A stretch of DNA of 64,000 bases from an uncultured bacterium (GCA_964556895.1 CAZKYC010000001.1:29371-93370), one strand, 5' to 3'. Counted from the stretch's first letter, positions 16,080 through 25,885 are shown. Numbers and translations are program-made. Notes: a model not told the origin generated them from the letters alone.

Positions 16080-17333
16080 ATGATGAAACGAATGAAACTG
16101 GGTGTGATCGGCGGCGGGTTTATCGCCAACTTTATGTCAGTCGCGATGGAGACGGTGCGCAATACAGAACTAGCGGGCATCTACGCGCCCGACGGCGCCG
16201 AGGCGTTGTCGAAATCGGCCCAGGAACGCGGGCTGGGCGACGCGGTGGTCTACCCCAACATCGCTGAACTCTGTAAAAACGTCGATGCGGTGGCGGTGTT
16301 CTGCCCCAACTTCGCCCGCATCGAAGTGATCGAACAGGTTCGCGACGCCGTCAAAGCCGGGGCCGAACTCAAAGGCCTGATCTGTGAGAAGCCGCTGGCG
16401 CGAAACCTCGCCGAAGCCAAACAGGTGTTGGCCATCGTCGGCGAGATCGGCGTCCCGACGGCGTATTTCGAAAACCAGCTTCACATGAAGCCCATCATTC
16501 GCCAGATGGAGCAACTAGGCCCCCAACAAAAGACCATGGGGCCGCTCTCGCTCACCCGATGCAGCGAAGAACACGCCGGGCCTCACAGCGGCTGGTTCTG
16601 GGACCCGACCCGCCAGGGCGGCGGCGTACTCAGCGACATGGGCTGCCACTCCATCGCGGTCGGCTGGTATGTGTTAAACCCCATCGGCAAACCGCTGACC
16701 TTCATGGAACCGGTCAGCGTGTCATGCGAAGTGGGCCTGCTCAAATGGGGGCTGCCCAAATGGCGCGGCGTGTTAAAAGACAAATTTGGGCTGGACTATG
16801 AAACATGCCCCGCTGAAGATTTCGTCACCGGCATGATCACCTACCGCAATCCCGAAACCGGGCAACTCGCCAAGTCACAGTTCACCAACTCATGGATGTT
16901 TGAGAAACAGGGCTTGCGCCTGTTTATGGACGGCATGGGGCCGGGCTACGCCTTCGAAGTCAATACTCTGGTCGCGCCGCTGACCATCTTCATCGGCGAT
17001 GAAGCGGCTGAAGCCGCCGCCGACGCTGAAACCGCGTTGGAGAAATCGACCTCCAGCCGCGGCCTGTTGGCGGTCCACCACAACGAAGCCGACGTGTATG
17101 GTTATAACGACGAACTGGTCGACGCTTCCGATAGTTTCATGGCGGGCAAGAGCGCCAAACTCACGCTCGACTATGGCTATGAGATCGTCAAGCTGTGTAT
17201 GGCGGCCTACATGGCGGCTGAAAAAGGCGTGACCCTCGACCTGACTGACCCCAAAGTGCAGGCCGAACTCGAGACCTATATCCCCGCCATTCAACAAGGC
17301 AACGGCGCTGATCAATTGTATGGCAAGAAATAG
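16080..17333 (+). CDS. Gfo/Idh/MocA family NAD(P)-dependent oxidoreductase.
   Basis: N-terminal Rossmann motif MKLGVIGGGFIANF, with the EKPLA motif and the family's C-terminal alpha/beta domain. RBS GAGG lies before the ATGATG at 16080. Confidence 0.75.
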   Translation: MMKRMKLGVIGGGFIANFMSVAMETVRNTELAGIYAPDGAEALSKSAQERGLGDAVVYPNIAELCKNVDAVAVFCPNFARIEVIEQVRDAVKAGAELKGLICEKPLARNLAEAKQVLAIVGEIGVPTAYFENQLHMKPIIRQMEQLGPQQKTMGPLSLTRCSEEHAGPHSGWFWDPTRQGGGVLSDMGCHSIAVGWYVLNPIGKPLTFMEPVSVSCEVGLLKWGLPKWRGVLKDKFGLDYETCPAEDFVTGMITYRNPETGQLAKSQFTNSWMFEKQGLRLFMDGMGPGYAFEVNTLVAPLTIFIGDEAAEAAADAETALEKSTSSRGLLAVHHNEADVYGYNDELVDASDSFMAGKSAKLTLDYGYEIVKLCMAAYMAAEKGVTLDLTDPKVQAELETYIPAIQQGNGADQLYGKK

Positions 17334-17370
17334 GCGGCGGTTAACTGAAACCCTATCGCGTTATTGTTAG

Positions 17371-17515
17371 GGAGCCTGCCTTTCGCAGGCAGGTTCGCCA
17401 ATTGGAGCGCGCGTGTCCACACGCGCATTGACACTTCGGGTGCAGCACGCCGCACCTCTGCTTTATCCCTCAGTTTTTAGCCCCCCTTTGTAAGGGGGGA
17501 TGTCCGCATCAGCGG
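17371..17515. repeat. Cluster of four different short GC-rich hairpins in the convergent intergenic region.
   Basis: cctgcc-tttcgc-aggcagg; gcgcgtg-tcca-cacgcgc; cccccc-tttgtaa-gggggg; gtccgc-atca-gcggac. None is followed by a U-tract. They lie between the 3' ends of convergent genes. Confidence 0.5.
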
Positions 17516-17620
17516 ACAGGGGGGATCATTCGTTTTACCGCATCCGCCATCGCCCAAAACGCCGCCAAACTCTTCTGCTTCGGCGCCGCGGTAAAGTTGA
17601 GGAAGTTGGAGCAAGAGCAA

Positions 17621-18364
17621 TTACCCTTTCACCGCTGCCGCCGCTTCTTCGATAGTGAATTTTTTTTCATAAAGCGCCTTGCCGACGATGACGCCGCTGA
17701 TTGAGCCTTGCTCAAGCGAGTGGGCGAGTTTGACCACATTGCGAATGTCATCCAGCGAGCCGATTCCGCCCGAAGCGATTATCGGGAACGTAGACGCCGC
17801 CGCCATATCTTTCAGTTGCTCAAGATTGGGGCCGACCAGCGTGCCGTCGCGCGCAATGTCAGTGTAAATCACCGCGCAATACTCCAAGCCGTCAAATTCT
17901 TTCACCAGGTCAACCGCCTTCACCTGGCTGGTCTCGCGCCAGCCGCGGGTGGCGACCAACCCATCGCGGGCGTCGATGCCGAGAATGATGCGCCCCGGGT
18001 AGGCCTGGGCCGCTTCGCGGGCGAAGCCGGGCTTTTCTAACAACACACTGCCGAGAATGGCGCGGACCACACCCAGTTCGCCCAACACGCGGTGGACAGC
18101 CTCCATATCGCGCAAGCCGCCGCCCAGTTCGGTCGGGACCGACAGCGTCTCAACAATGGCGCGGATGGCGTCGCGGTTTTGCATGGCGCCGTCGCGGGCG
18201 CCGTCGAGGTCGACGATGTGGACAATATCGCCGCCGCCGTCCTGCCAGGTTTTGGCGAACTCAGCAGGGGTATTAGAATAAACCGTCTCTTGGTCATACT
18301 CGCCGCGCAACAAACGTACTGCATTGCCGCCGCGTAAATCAATGGCGGGAATCAAATCAATCAC
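17621..18364 (-). CDS. hisA: Phosphoribosylformimino-5-aminoimidazole carboxamide ribotide isomerase (HisA/PriA family).
   Basis: VIDLIPAIDLRGGNAVRL...DIVHIVDLDGA...(beta/alpha)8 barrel motifs. Probable GTG start at 18364 preceded by GGAGGA. It overlaps the plsY stop in a GTGA arrangement. Confidence 0.85.
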   Translation of the reverse strand: MIDLIPAIDLRGGNAVRLLRGEYDQETVYSNTPAEFAKTWQDGGGDIVHIVDLDGARDGAMQNRDAIRAIVETLSVPTELGGGLRDMEAVHRVLGELGVVRAILGSVLLEKPGFAREAAQAYPGRIILGIDARDGLVATRGWRETSQVKAVDLVKEFDGLEYCAVIYTDIARDGTLVGPNLEQLKDMAAASTFPIIASGGIGSLDDIRNVVKLAHSLEQGSISGVIVGKALYEKKFTIEEAAAAVKG

Positions 18365-18993
18365 GAAGGCTCCTCCGTCTTGGGTTGGCCAATGCGCGGT
18401 TCCGTCCCCGCCCACAGGCGCAGAATGTTGGTTTTGTGTTTAATGATTACCATTGTTGCCGCGATGGTTGCGAAGATGGCGACTTCGACCGAAGGCGCAT
18501 ACTCGTTCTTCATCCAAAGAGCGACAAAGATGCAGCCAACCAGAATCACCGCCCCGCTAATCGAGGCGATCGACATATACCGCGTAGTGAACAAGATGAT
18601 GAGAAACAGGGTAAACGTAATCGCGAATGGAACCGGCGTCAGCGCAGCAAATACGCCCGCTGATGCGGCGACTCCCTTTCCGCCGCCTTTGAAGCCGAGA
18701 AAGATGGTCCAGTTGTGGCCCAGAATCGCGACCAGCCCGGCAGCAATCGCCAGCCATTCGACGTTTGGAACTAGCATCCGTGCGATAATCACCGCCGCCG
18801 CGCCCTTGCCGATGTCGAAAGCGAAAACCGGCAGGCTCATCCACAGGCCAAGAACGCGCCAGGCGTTGGTGAAGCCCAGGTTGCCGCTGCCGACCGTGCG
18901 CAGGTCAACGCCTTTGGCCCACTTGCCCATGTAATAGGCGGACGGGATCGAGCCGAGTAAGTAGGCGATGATGAGAGCAAGCGCGTCGTTCAT
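18361..18993 (-). CDS. plsY: Glycerol-3-phosphate acyltransferase PlsY.
   Basis: 210 aa. MNDALALIIAYLLGSIPSAYY...GSGNLGFTNAWRVLG is the characteristic PlsY N-terminus, followed by 5 TM helices. Confidence 0.9.
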   Translation of the reverse strand: MNDALALIIAYLLGSIPSAYYMGKWAKGVDLRTVGSGNLGFTNAWRVLGLWMSLPVFAFDIGKGAAAVIIARMLVPNVEWLAIAAGLVAILGHNWTIFLGFKGGGKGVAASAGVFAALTPVPFAITFTLFLIILFTTRYMSIASISGAVILVGCIFVALWMKNEYAPSVEVAIFATIAATMVIIKHKTNILRLWAGTEPRIGQPKTEEPS

Positions 18994-20324
18994 TCCTGGT
19001 TCTTTTCCCGCTTGCGAAAATACAACCGCAGCGGCACCCCCTCCAACTGAAAGTGTTGATAGAGTTGGTTCATCAAATAGCGCTCATACGAAAAGTGAAT
19101 CGCGCTGGGGTCGTTGACAAAGGCGAGAAAAGTCGGCGGCGCCGTACTCACCTGGGTCGAATAATACAACCGCGCCGGGCGCCCGTGATGTGACGGGGGC
19201 GGGTTTTGTGCGATGATGCGCTCCATCAGTTGGTTCAGCAAACTCGTCGACGCGCGAAACTGGTAGTTGGCGAGAATCTGCTCGACTTTGGGAAAAATAC
19301 GATGCAAGCGCTGTTTGGTCATGGCTGAGATAAATTCTAAAGGGGCGTATTGTAAAAACGGCAGGTCTTCGCGAATTTTCTTGGCAAACTCGCCCGCGCT
19401 TTTTTCGGTTTTGTTATCGATGGCGTCCCATTTGTTGACGAGAATCATCGCGGCTTTCCCCGTATCTTTGGCGAGGCGAAACACTTTGGCGTCGGTCTCG
19501 GTCAGCCCTTCAACCCCATCGATGACCAATAGCGCTAGGTCGCACCGTTCGAGCGCTTTTTCATTTCGTTTGAGGGCGTATCGTTCTAGCCCCTGGTTCA
19601 TCTTGCCGCGGCGGCGGATGCCTGCGGTGTCGATCAATAAATATTTTTTTTCATTGACTTCGACAATTTCATCAACCGGGTCGCGGGTGGTGCCGCCGAT
19701 GGGCGAGACAATGGCGCGTTCGCTGCCGCAGAGCGAGTTCAGTAAGGTTGACTTACCCACATTGGGCCGCCCCAGAATAGCGATGCCGGGCGGATCGTCT
19801 TCAAACTGCGCCTCGTTTTCAGGAATGCGATTGACAATCTCATCTAACAGGTCGCCTACGCCCAGGCCATGAGTTGATGAGACAGGCAAAAACGCGTCAG
19901 CGCCCAATTCAAAAAACGAGGCCATCACTTCGTTTTCGGTTTTGGGATTATCGACCTTATTGATCGCGCACAAAATCGGTTTGTGAGAACGCCGCAATAA
20001 ATTGAAAATCTCGTGATCCAGAGGTGTGGGGCCGTCGCGCCCGTCTAAAACAAAGACAATCAACACACATGCCTGAACCGCCCGTTCAATTTGGTTTTGA
20101 ATCGCCTTTGAAAACGGGTCTTCGTCCGGCCCGAAAATTCCGCCGGTGTCAACCAACTCAAATGGCTTTCCGTTCCAGTCGGTTGGCCGGTATTTCAGGT
20201 CGCGGGTAACGCCCGGCTGATCGTCAACAATCGCGTCGCGGCTGCCGATGATTCGGTTAAACAGCGTCGACTTGCCCACGTTGGGGCGTCCGACAATTGC
20301 GACCAGAGGTGGTTTTTTGGGCAT
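18990..20324 (-). CDS. der: Ribosome-biogenesis GTPase Der (EngA), with two GTPase domains.
   Basis: Two tandem G domains, each with G1 GRPNVGKST, a DTAG/DTGG motif and NKVD/NKWD, plus a KH-like C-terminus. ATGA overlap with plsY. Confidence 0.95.
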   Translation of the reverse strand: MPKKPPLVAIVGRPNVGKSTLFNRIIGSRDAIVDDQPGVTRDLKYRPTDWNGKPFELVDTGGIFGPDEDPFSKAIQNQIERAVQACVLIVFVLDGRDGPTPLDHEIFNLLRRSHKPILCAINKVDNPKTENEVMASFFELGADAFLPVSSTHGLGVGDLLDEIVNRIPENEAQFEDDPPGIAILGRPNVGKSTLLNSLCGSERAIVSPIGGTTRDPVDEIVEVNEKKYLLIDTAGIRRRGKMNQGLERYALKRNEKALERCDLALLVIDGVEGLTETDAKVFRLAKDTGKAAMILVNKWDAIDNKTEKSAGEFAKKIREDLPFLQYAPLEFISAMTKQRLHRIFPKVEQILANYQFRASTSLLNQLMERIIAQNPPPSHHGRPARLYYSTQVSTAPPTFLAFVNDPSAIHFSYERYLMNQLYQHFQLEGVPLRLYFRKREKNQE

Positions 20325-20612
20325 GCGCCTTACTCTTTCATTGAGACATAACCCGTAAGCTTGACTACGCCTCTCGTTTGTATATCAAGGCGTTTTCGTA
20401 AATAGCAATCAAGGCGCCTCGGCCTATCGAACGAAAAAACATCCTGATAGAATGCCATACTCGATTGGTTATTTGTCTGGACCTTACAGAAATGTCTTTT
20501 CCTGACCTTGTGATCAAAAATCAACATTGATTTTTAAACGATTGCGCTGCCGCCATGAATCCTACATTTTTGTAAGTACATAGGAATCAATCAATTGAGA
20601 TTGTTTGAGTTA

Positions 20613-20628
20613 TTGGCATGGCTTCTGC
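20613..20628 (+). promoter_or_regulatory. Candidate sigma-54 promoter for glnA, TGGCAT-N5-CTGCT (-24 GG and -12 GC).
   Basis: The GG at 20614-20615 and the GC at 20626-20627 are separated by exactly 10 nt. The site lies in a long AT-rich leader about 270 nt upstream of the glnA ATG. glnA is commonly NtrC/sigma-54 controlled. Confidence 0.35.
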
Positions 20629-20896
20629 TTCTATTTTTTGAAATTCAGCCAATTCTCGCGGTCTAATTGGATTGTAACCGGTAAGTTGATAGGTTGAGAG
20701 TCTAACGCAATATATCTGAGAATGGTATCTATTACCCGATCAGTGTTTGACAATGACCGAACCAATAACGTACCCACTGCAAGAGCCTTTCTTCATATTG
20801 ATTACATCCGGTTGAGGGCCGGAACACGGATTCACGCAATCGGCGCAAGCCGAACCAAGTATTCTATATCTCAACATTAGTAAGGAGAGCGGACAT

Positions 20897-22306
20897 ATGA
20901 CTCCAAAAGAAGTTATCACAATGATCAAAGAAAAAGGCATCCAATTTGTTGACTTTAAGTTCCAGGACCTTCCCGGCACTTGGCAACACACCAGCATTCC
21001 TTCTAACCATTTAGAAGAAGATTCTTTTGAAGATGGTTTTGGGTTTGATGGTTCATCGATTCGCGGCTGGAAGGCGATCAACGAGAGCGACATGTTGATT
21101 TTGCCTGACCCGACAACAGCGTTTGTTGATCCATTCATGCAGTACCCGACATTATCATTGACTTGTTCGATCCTCGACCCAATCACAAAAGAGCGTTACA
21201 CCCGCGACCCACGCAATGTTGCGTTTAAATGTGAAGAATACGTTAAATCAACCGGAATCGCAGACTCGATTTTTATCGGCCCTGAAGCGGAGTTTTTCTT
21301 GTTTGACAGCGTCCGTTATGGTCAAGAAGCCAACTTCGGCATGTTTGAAATCGATTCGCAAGAAGCGATTTGGAACTCGGCCAACGGCGATTCCAGCCTA
21401 GGCCACTTGGTGCGTCACAAAGAGGGGTACTTCCCCTGCGCGCCAGTCGATACGCTTCAAGACATTCGTTCAGAAATGGTCGCAACCATGATCGAACTTG
21501 GCATTAACGTCGAAGCCCTTCACCACGAAGTGGCGACCGCCGGCCAATGTGAAATCGACATGCGCTTTGCGCCGCTGTTAAAGATGGGCGACGACTTGAT
21601 GCTATACAAATATGTCGTCAAGAATGTCGCGAAAAAACATGGCAAGACAGCGACCTTTATGCCGAAGCCGATCTTTGGCGATAACGGCTCGGGTATGCAC
21701 GTTCACTCCAGCCTCTGGAAAGGCGATAAGCCTCTCTTCGCGGGCGATAAATACGCCGGGCTGTCTCAAGAGTGTTTGTGGTATATCGGCGGTATCTTAA
21801 AACACGCCAACGCCCTGATCGCGCTCACCAACCCGACCACCAACTCATTCAAACGTTTGGTTCCGGGTTATGAAGCGCCGGTCAACCTGGCTTACTCACA
21901 ACGCAACCGTTCTGCGGCCTGCCGTATCCCGATGTACTCGCCCAGCCCCAAAGCCAAACGGGTTGAGTTCCGTTGCCCCGACCCATCGTGCAACGGCTAC
22001 TTTGCCTTCTCAGCGATTGTCATGGCTGGCCTAGATGGAATCTTGAACAAGATTGATCCAGGCGATCCGCTCGACAAAAACATTTATGACTTGTCGCCGG
22101 AAGAAGCGGCTGGCGTTCCTCAAGTTCCCGGTTCATTGGGCGACGCACTCGACGCCTTAGAAAAAGACCACGACTTCTTGACCCATGGCGACGTCTTCAC
22201 TTCAGACTTAATCGAAACATGGATCGGCTATAAGCGCGAAAACGAAGTTGAACCCAACCAGTTGCGCCCGACTCCATACGAATTCTTCCTCTACTACGAT
22301 TGCTAA
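20897..22306 (+). CDS. glnA: Glutamine synthetase type I.
   Basis: 469 aa with GS-I signatures throughout (FKFQDLPG, the ATP-binding [35 protein letters not shown]). RBS AAGGAGAG. Confidence 0.95.
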   Translation: MTPKEVITMIKEKGIQFVDFKFQDLPGTWQHTSIPSNHLEEDSFEDGFGFDGSSIRGWKAINESDMLILPDPTTAFVDPFMQYPTLSLTCSILDPITKERYTRDPRNVAFKCEEYVKSTGIADSIFIGPEAEFFLFDSVRYGQEANFGMFEIDSQEAIWNSANGDSSLGHLVRHKEGYFPCAPVDTLQDIRSEMVATMIELGINVEALHHEVATAGQCEIDMRFAPLLKMGDDLMLYKYVVKNVAKKHGKTATFMPKPIFGDNGSGMHVHSSLWKGDKPLFAGDKYAGLSQECLWYIGGILKHANALIALTNPTTNSFKRLVPGYEAPVNLAYSQRNRSAACRIPMYSPSPKAKRVEFRCPDPSCNGYFAFSAIVMAGLDGILNKIDPGDPLDKNIYDLSPEEAAGVPQVPGSLGDALDALEKDHDFLTHGDVFTSDLIETWIGYKRENEVEPNQLRPTPYEFFLYYDC

Positions 22307-22332
22307 GCAATTGTTGCAGATCGAAAACCAAA

Positions 22333-22365
22333 AGGCCGGGCGAATCGCCCGGCCTTTTTCGTTTT
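22333..22365 (+). terminator. Rho-independent terminator after glnA.
   Basis: aggccgggcg-aatc-gcccggcct followed by TTTTT. Confidence 0.85.
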
Positions 22366-22440
22366 ACAGTGGCTGTCAGAATTTGGTGCGGGTTGATTTT
22401 TTGTTATCTGTAATGATCGCTGTCCGCCGCGGCGGATACG
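22365..22440 (-). repeat. Intergenic repeat family 2, copy b, in reverse-complement orientation.
   Basis: atcgctgtccgccgcggcggatacgggcgcgctt is the reverse complement of the 1245-1321 and 48755-48836 copies. Palindrome at 22414-22425. Confidence 0.7.
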
Positions 22441-22550
22441 GGCGCGCTTGCCAAATCTAGTATTGATAAACGAAATACCCTAATCGCTAATTAACAAATT
22501 AGTCGTAGAATAACCGTATTCTTTTAATTGAATGAAACGGATAGGCCGAT

Positions 22551-23069
22551 ATGAGAAAGAGAAGCCAAGCGTTCACACTGATTGAACTGTTAATCGTCGT
22601 CGCCATTATTGGCATCCTGGCGGCGATTGCCGTCCCCAACTTTTTACAGGCCCAAGTCCGCGCCAAGGTGGCCCAGATGCAGGGAACATTTAAAACCATG
22701 GTGACCGCGCTTGAGACCTATCGCATTGACAATGGCGCGCCGCCCGTCCATTACAATGACCCCAAACAAAACGCTTGGATGACAACCCCCATCGCGTATG
22801 CGTCGACCCGGCCCTATGACATTTTTCAAGACTTTAACACTGGCGTTTCGAGATTAGGCTGGCATGACTATGGCCGTAAAGAACGCTATGGCTGCCCCCA
22901 CTATGAGACCGGCAGGCAAAACACCGAGTATTGGATCGTCGGCATCGGCCCCGACCAGATTTGGCAGACCTTCAGTACTGACGCCAAGACCTACGACATT
23001 ACAAATGGAGTGATGAGCCAGGGCGACATGTATGTTGTCGAATCGTCGCTGACCTACATTTTTCACTAA
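22551..23069 (+). CDS. Prepilin-type (type II secretion GspG-like) pseudopilin paralog.
   Basis: Prepilin leader and cleavage/methylation motif MRKRSQA|FTLIELLIVVAIIGILAAIAVPNF. The C-terminal part carries a GIGPDQ motif resembling the GspG S.GPDG signature. Confidence 0.8.
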   Translation: MRKRSQAFTLIELLIVVAIIGILAAIAVPNFLQAQVRAKVAQMQGTFKTMVTALETYRIDNGAPPVHYNDPKQNAWMTTPIAYASTRPYDIFQDFNTGVSRLGWHDYGRKERYGCPHYETGRQNTEYWIVGIGPDQIWQTFSTDAKTYDITNGVMSQGDMYVVESSLTYIFH

Positions 23070-23123
23070 TCTCAGAAACTTGGCGAGCTCGCGAAGCCGC
23101 CCACCAAGCCTGTTCAAATAAGG

Positions 23124-23381
23124 TTCTTCCGATATTTGAGTACTTCCCTTGCTGGATGACCTGGAATTTGGTCAAAAAACGATATTCATCCTATCAATAC
23201 TAGACAATCCTCCTCAGGCAAGGGTGCAACTCTGTGAGCGCCTGTGCAACAAAGCGGAGCGGCGCCGAAGCGAGTAGAGTTGTACCCATGCCAAATACAG
23301 CGATAAAAAAATCATCCTTGAAATGGTGTCTAAAAAAATTAATTCAATTTAAGAGAACGTATCCAAATCCCTGATGAGCCT
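23124..23381 (-). mobile_element. MITE-like repeat family 1, copy 1b. Full length, reverse orientation, core hairpin at 23222-23287.
   Basis: About 90% identical to copy 1a along all 258 bp. Flanked by similar 9-mers CAAATAAGG (23115-23123) and CAAATAACC (23382-23390), which I read as a roughly 7-bp target-site duplication CAAATAA. Confidence 0.75.
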
Positions 23382-23543
23382 CAAATAACCTTCAGCGGTG
23401 GGCGAACCCATCCTGCGGTGTTCCCCAGATAAATTTTCCCCGCACTCGTCGTTTTTCTGATCTCATACTATTCTACTACTGAACGAAAACATACCGCCTA
23501 ATGGCGCCAATCTTGTTACTGCTTACTGTAAATTCATAGGCTG

Positions 23544-24173
23544 ATGAAAGATCAACAAATGACAAAAATGAAATCAGGTTTTACCTTAATTGAATTGTTA
23601 ATTGTCGTCGCCATTATTGGCGTCCTCGCGGCCATCGCCGTGCCCAACTTTCTGAATGCGCAGATTCGCGCCAAGGTGGCGGCGGCCCAAAGCGACATGC
23701 GCGCGCTCGGAACCGCGCTCGAAATGTATTCACTCGACAACAACGCCTACCCGCCCTTTCGCCATGACATCAACGGCGAGTGGCGCTATAAGGGCGCGCT
23801 GGCGCGGCTGACCTCGCCAGTGTCATACATGAACACCATCCCCAACAGCGACCCATTTAATTCAGAGGCGCCATCGGCGTATGGCGGCGCAACCGACGAC
23901 GCCAATTATGGGTATACCTATGTCGATTACAAATCATTTTCGCCCAATAACTATTGGCCGTTGTGGGCCAAGCCGCTCAACATTCTGTGGGTGCTCTATA
24001 GTTTTGGCCCTGACCGCAACGATGACGTGGGCGTGGTGGCGATTGGTAAAGTGATCGGCCCGAATTTTGACATTCCCACATGGAACCCAAACCGGGTTCC
24101 CTATTCGTCATCAAATGGAATCATCTCCAACGGCGACCTCATGCGCTCCAACCACGGCGATCACAGTAAGTAG
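23544..24173 (+). CDS. Prepilin-type (GspG-like) pseudopilin paralog.
   Basis: MKSG|FTLIELLIVVAIIGVLAAIAVPNF prepilin motif. C-terminal SFGPDRNDD motif. 209 aa. Confidence 0.8.
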   Translation: MKDQQMTKMKSGFTLIELLIVVAIIGVLAAIAVPNFLNAQIRAKVAAAQSDMRALGTALEMYSLDNNAYPPFRHDINGEWRYKGALARLTSPVSYMNTIPNSDPFNSEAPSAYGGATDDANYGYTYVDYKSFSPNNYWPLWAKPLNILWVLYSFGPDRNDDVGVVAIGKVIGPNFDIPTWNPNRVPYSSSNGIISNGDLMRSNHGDHSK

Positions 24174-24298
24174 AAGTCAAGGAATTCTAAAAAAAAAAGA
24201 TAAAAAGATTGAAAAAACTAACCCACTAGATTCCTTCCTGTTCATTTACGCGTTATGTGTCTATAATTGCACAACTTGTTATATCAGCGGGGATCAAC

Positions 24299-24847
24299 GT
24301 GTCAAAAAAGAAAAACGGCTTTTGGGAAAGCCTTCGAGCGAACTATGATGAGATGCGAATCGTGTTTGTCTTTGAACATCTCCAAGAACAAGGATTTGAT
24401 TTAGACCAAATACTCCAATCAAATAATGTCTCAGACCGCATTCCACTCTTAAAAGCCTTCAAAGAATTTGAAAAACAAAAGCCTTGGTCAGATTTTGTTT
24501 TTGATAATGATGAGATATGTTATTTATTAGCGAGAATAGTAGATTATAGAGGAGTGTGTAGATTTCTTTATGATTTAGAAGACAAAAGTGTGTTAGAGCC
24601 AGATTTTAAACTTCATGAACATTCCGAAAAATATGATGACGAGAACGAGAACGACAAGTTACAGTTGCAAACAGACATAGAAAATGCTAAGAATTCTGTG
24701 AGTATTTTGTTGAAATACGAAATAATTGTAAAGAATGGAAGAAAATTTTCGTTAACTAAAGAAGGTAGAGAATCGTTTGTTAATGTACAGTATGAGAGAA
24801 TTGAAAAAAACGCAGTTCTTTCATATTGGAGGCCAAAGAAAGGATAA
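24299..24847 (+). CDS. Hypothetical acidic protein in the AT-rich islet. No recognisable domain.
   Basis: The ORF stays open from 24257. Candidate starts are the GTG at 24299, preceded by GGGGA, or the ATG at 24353. A TATAAT lies at about 24261. Composition is markedly AT-rich relative to the flanks. The C-terminal 40 aa (ILLKYEIIVKNGRKFSLTKEGRESF) loosely resemble a winged helix. Confidence 0.45.
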   Translation: MSKKKNGFWESLRANYDEMRIVFVFEHLQEQGFDLDQILQSNNVSDRIPLLKAFKEFEKQKPWSDFVFDNDEICYLLARIVDYRGVCRFLYDLEDKSVLEPDFKLHEHSEKYDDENENDKLQLQTDIENAKNSVSILLKYEIIVKNGRKFSLTKEGRESFVNVQYERIEKNAVLSYWRPKKG

Positions 24848-24852
24848 GAGCC

Positions 24853-25134
24853 ATGACAAATATCAGTCCTGATCGAATGATTGACGCTTATGGTCAGCTC
24901 ATTGAAGAAGATCCAAATTTGGTCGAATTTTTTTCCCGAATCAATGAAAAGAATACAATAAGGATACGTGATCTTGCTGGCCCTTTTCAGGATTACTACA
25001 ATGCGTTGCGTGGGTTTGGTTTTCTAGAAGCAGAAACTGACCATCTTAGCCGCGACACAAAAATAGTATTTGCTGAAACGGGGAAAAAGTTTTGGGAAAA
25101 ATACGGATCTAAAATCGAAGAGTTGCGTAACTAG
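24853..25134 (+). CDS. Hypothetical 93-aa protein in the AT-rich islet, translationally coupled to the upstream ORF.
   Basis: AAAGGA lies 8 nt before the ATG of MTNISPD. It overlaps or abuts the preceding ORF. No recognisable motif. Confidence 0.45.
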   Translation: MTNISPDRMIDAYGQLIEEDPNLVEFFSRINEKNTIRIRDLAGPFQDYYNALRGFGFLEAETDHLSRDTKIVFAETGKKFWEKYGSKIEELRN

Positions 25135-25163
25135 GAATTCATCTATATTACGACTTCTTATAA

Positions 25164-25190
25164 AGGCTCCTCCAAATGGAGCCTTTTTGT
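25164..25190. terminator. Bidirectional Rho-independent terminator between convergent genes.
   Basis: ggctcc-tccaaa-tggagcc hairpin with an A-tract on its 5' side and TTTTT on its 3' side. It lies between the 3' ends of 24853-25134 (+) and 25204-25806 (-). Confidence 0.7.
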
Positions 25191-25203
25191 ATTCTATATT
25201 CTA

Positions 25204-25806
25204 TCAATACGGCATGATCACGCCCTCGTGAGAGGCGTAGATCTCACCATTTGACTCAACGCCGTTTGAGATGTGATAGACGTGTTTGATTGCTTGTGAT
25301 GGTGTGTACATCCACATCATGTCTTCATCTAAATCCGGCCCCATGCTACTCAAAGTAAACGCTTGAGCGCCTAAATTATATCTTTCTCTTATCGTATTTG
25401 AATATTCATACAATGGATGGATTTTTCGCCCGTAGTTCCATCTTTCTTTGATCGCTTTTACATAAAACACGTCTTCTGGAATAGATGAAATATACGCCGT
25501 AGGGGTTGTCAATAGGGTGTATGAGTAGATTTCCGTTTGAAATTGAGCGCCTTGCGTTCCTTTTTGCGAATTAAACGCAGGAGAAAGGCTACTGTGATTA
25601 CCATCAAAATCAGGCGGGGTGTCTTTGTAGTCGAGATAATAGGCGTTAATCGCGTCTGACAGTTTTCCTAAGTCGGTCACTGCTTGAGCGAGATCAGCGC
25701 GAATTTGCGCCTTGGAGAATTTTGGCAGCGACACCGCGAATAAAAGCCCCAACACAACTACGACAACAATGATCTCAGCAATGTGAATTCGGCGAAGCGA
25801 TTTCAT
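25204..25806 (-). CDS. GspG-like pseudopilin paralog with a degenerate prepilin cleavage motif.
   Basis: Same fold signature as its neighbours (hydrophobic N-helix, ...SMGPDLDED motif). The leader reads MKSLRR-IHIAEIIVVVVVLGLL and lacks the Gly(-1)-Phe(+1) pair; the +5 Glu is kept. Confidence 0.65.
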   Translation of the reverse strand: MKSLRRIHIAEIIVVVVVLGLLFAVSLPKFSKAQIRADLAQAVTDLGKLSDAINAYYLDYKDTPPDFDGNHSSLSPAFNSQKGTQGAQFQTEIYSYTLLTTPTAYISSIPEDVFYVKAIKERWNYGRKIHPLYEYSNTIRERYNLGAQAFTLSSMGPDLDEDMMWMYTPSQAIKHVYHISNGVESNGEIYASHEGVIMPY

Positions 25807-25885
25807 GCGTCCCCCAAGAACTACGCGGATAAAGAATCCTAAAATGGTTACGTGTCAATTTATAGGGGGAGAAACACTATGGCGC

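Noticed and set aside
17334-17620. Possible tRNA or other small RNA gene in the hairpin-rich intergenic region.
   Set aside because: There is no cloverleaf arrangement and no T-loop GTTCRANYC box. The stems are serial, not nested like a tRNA.
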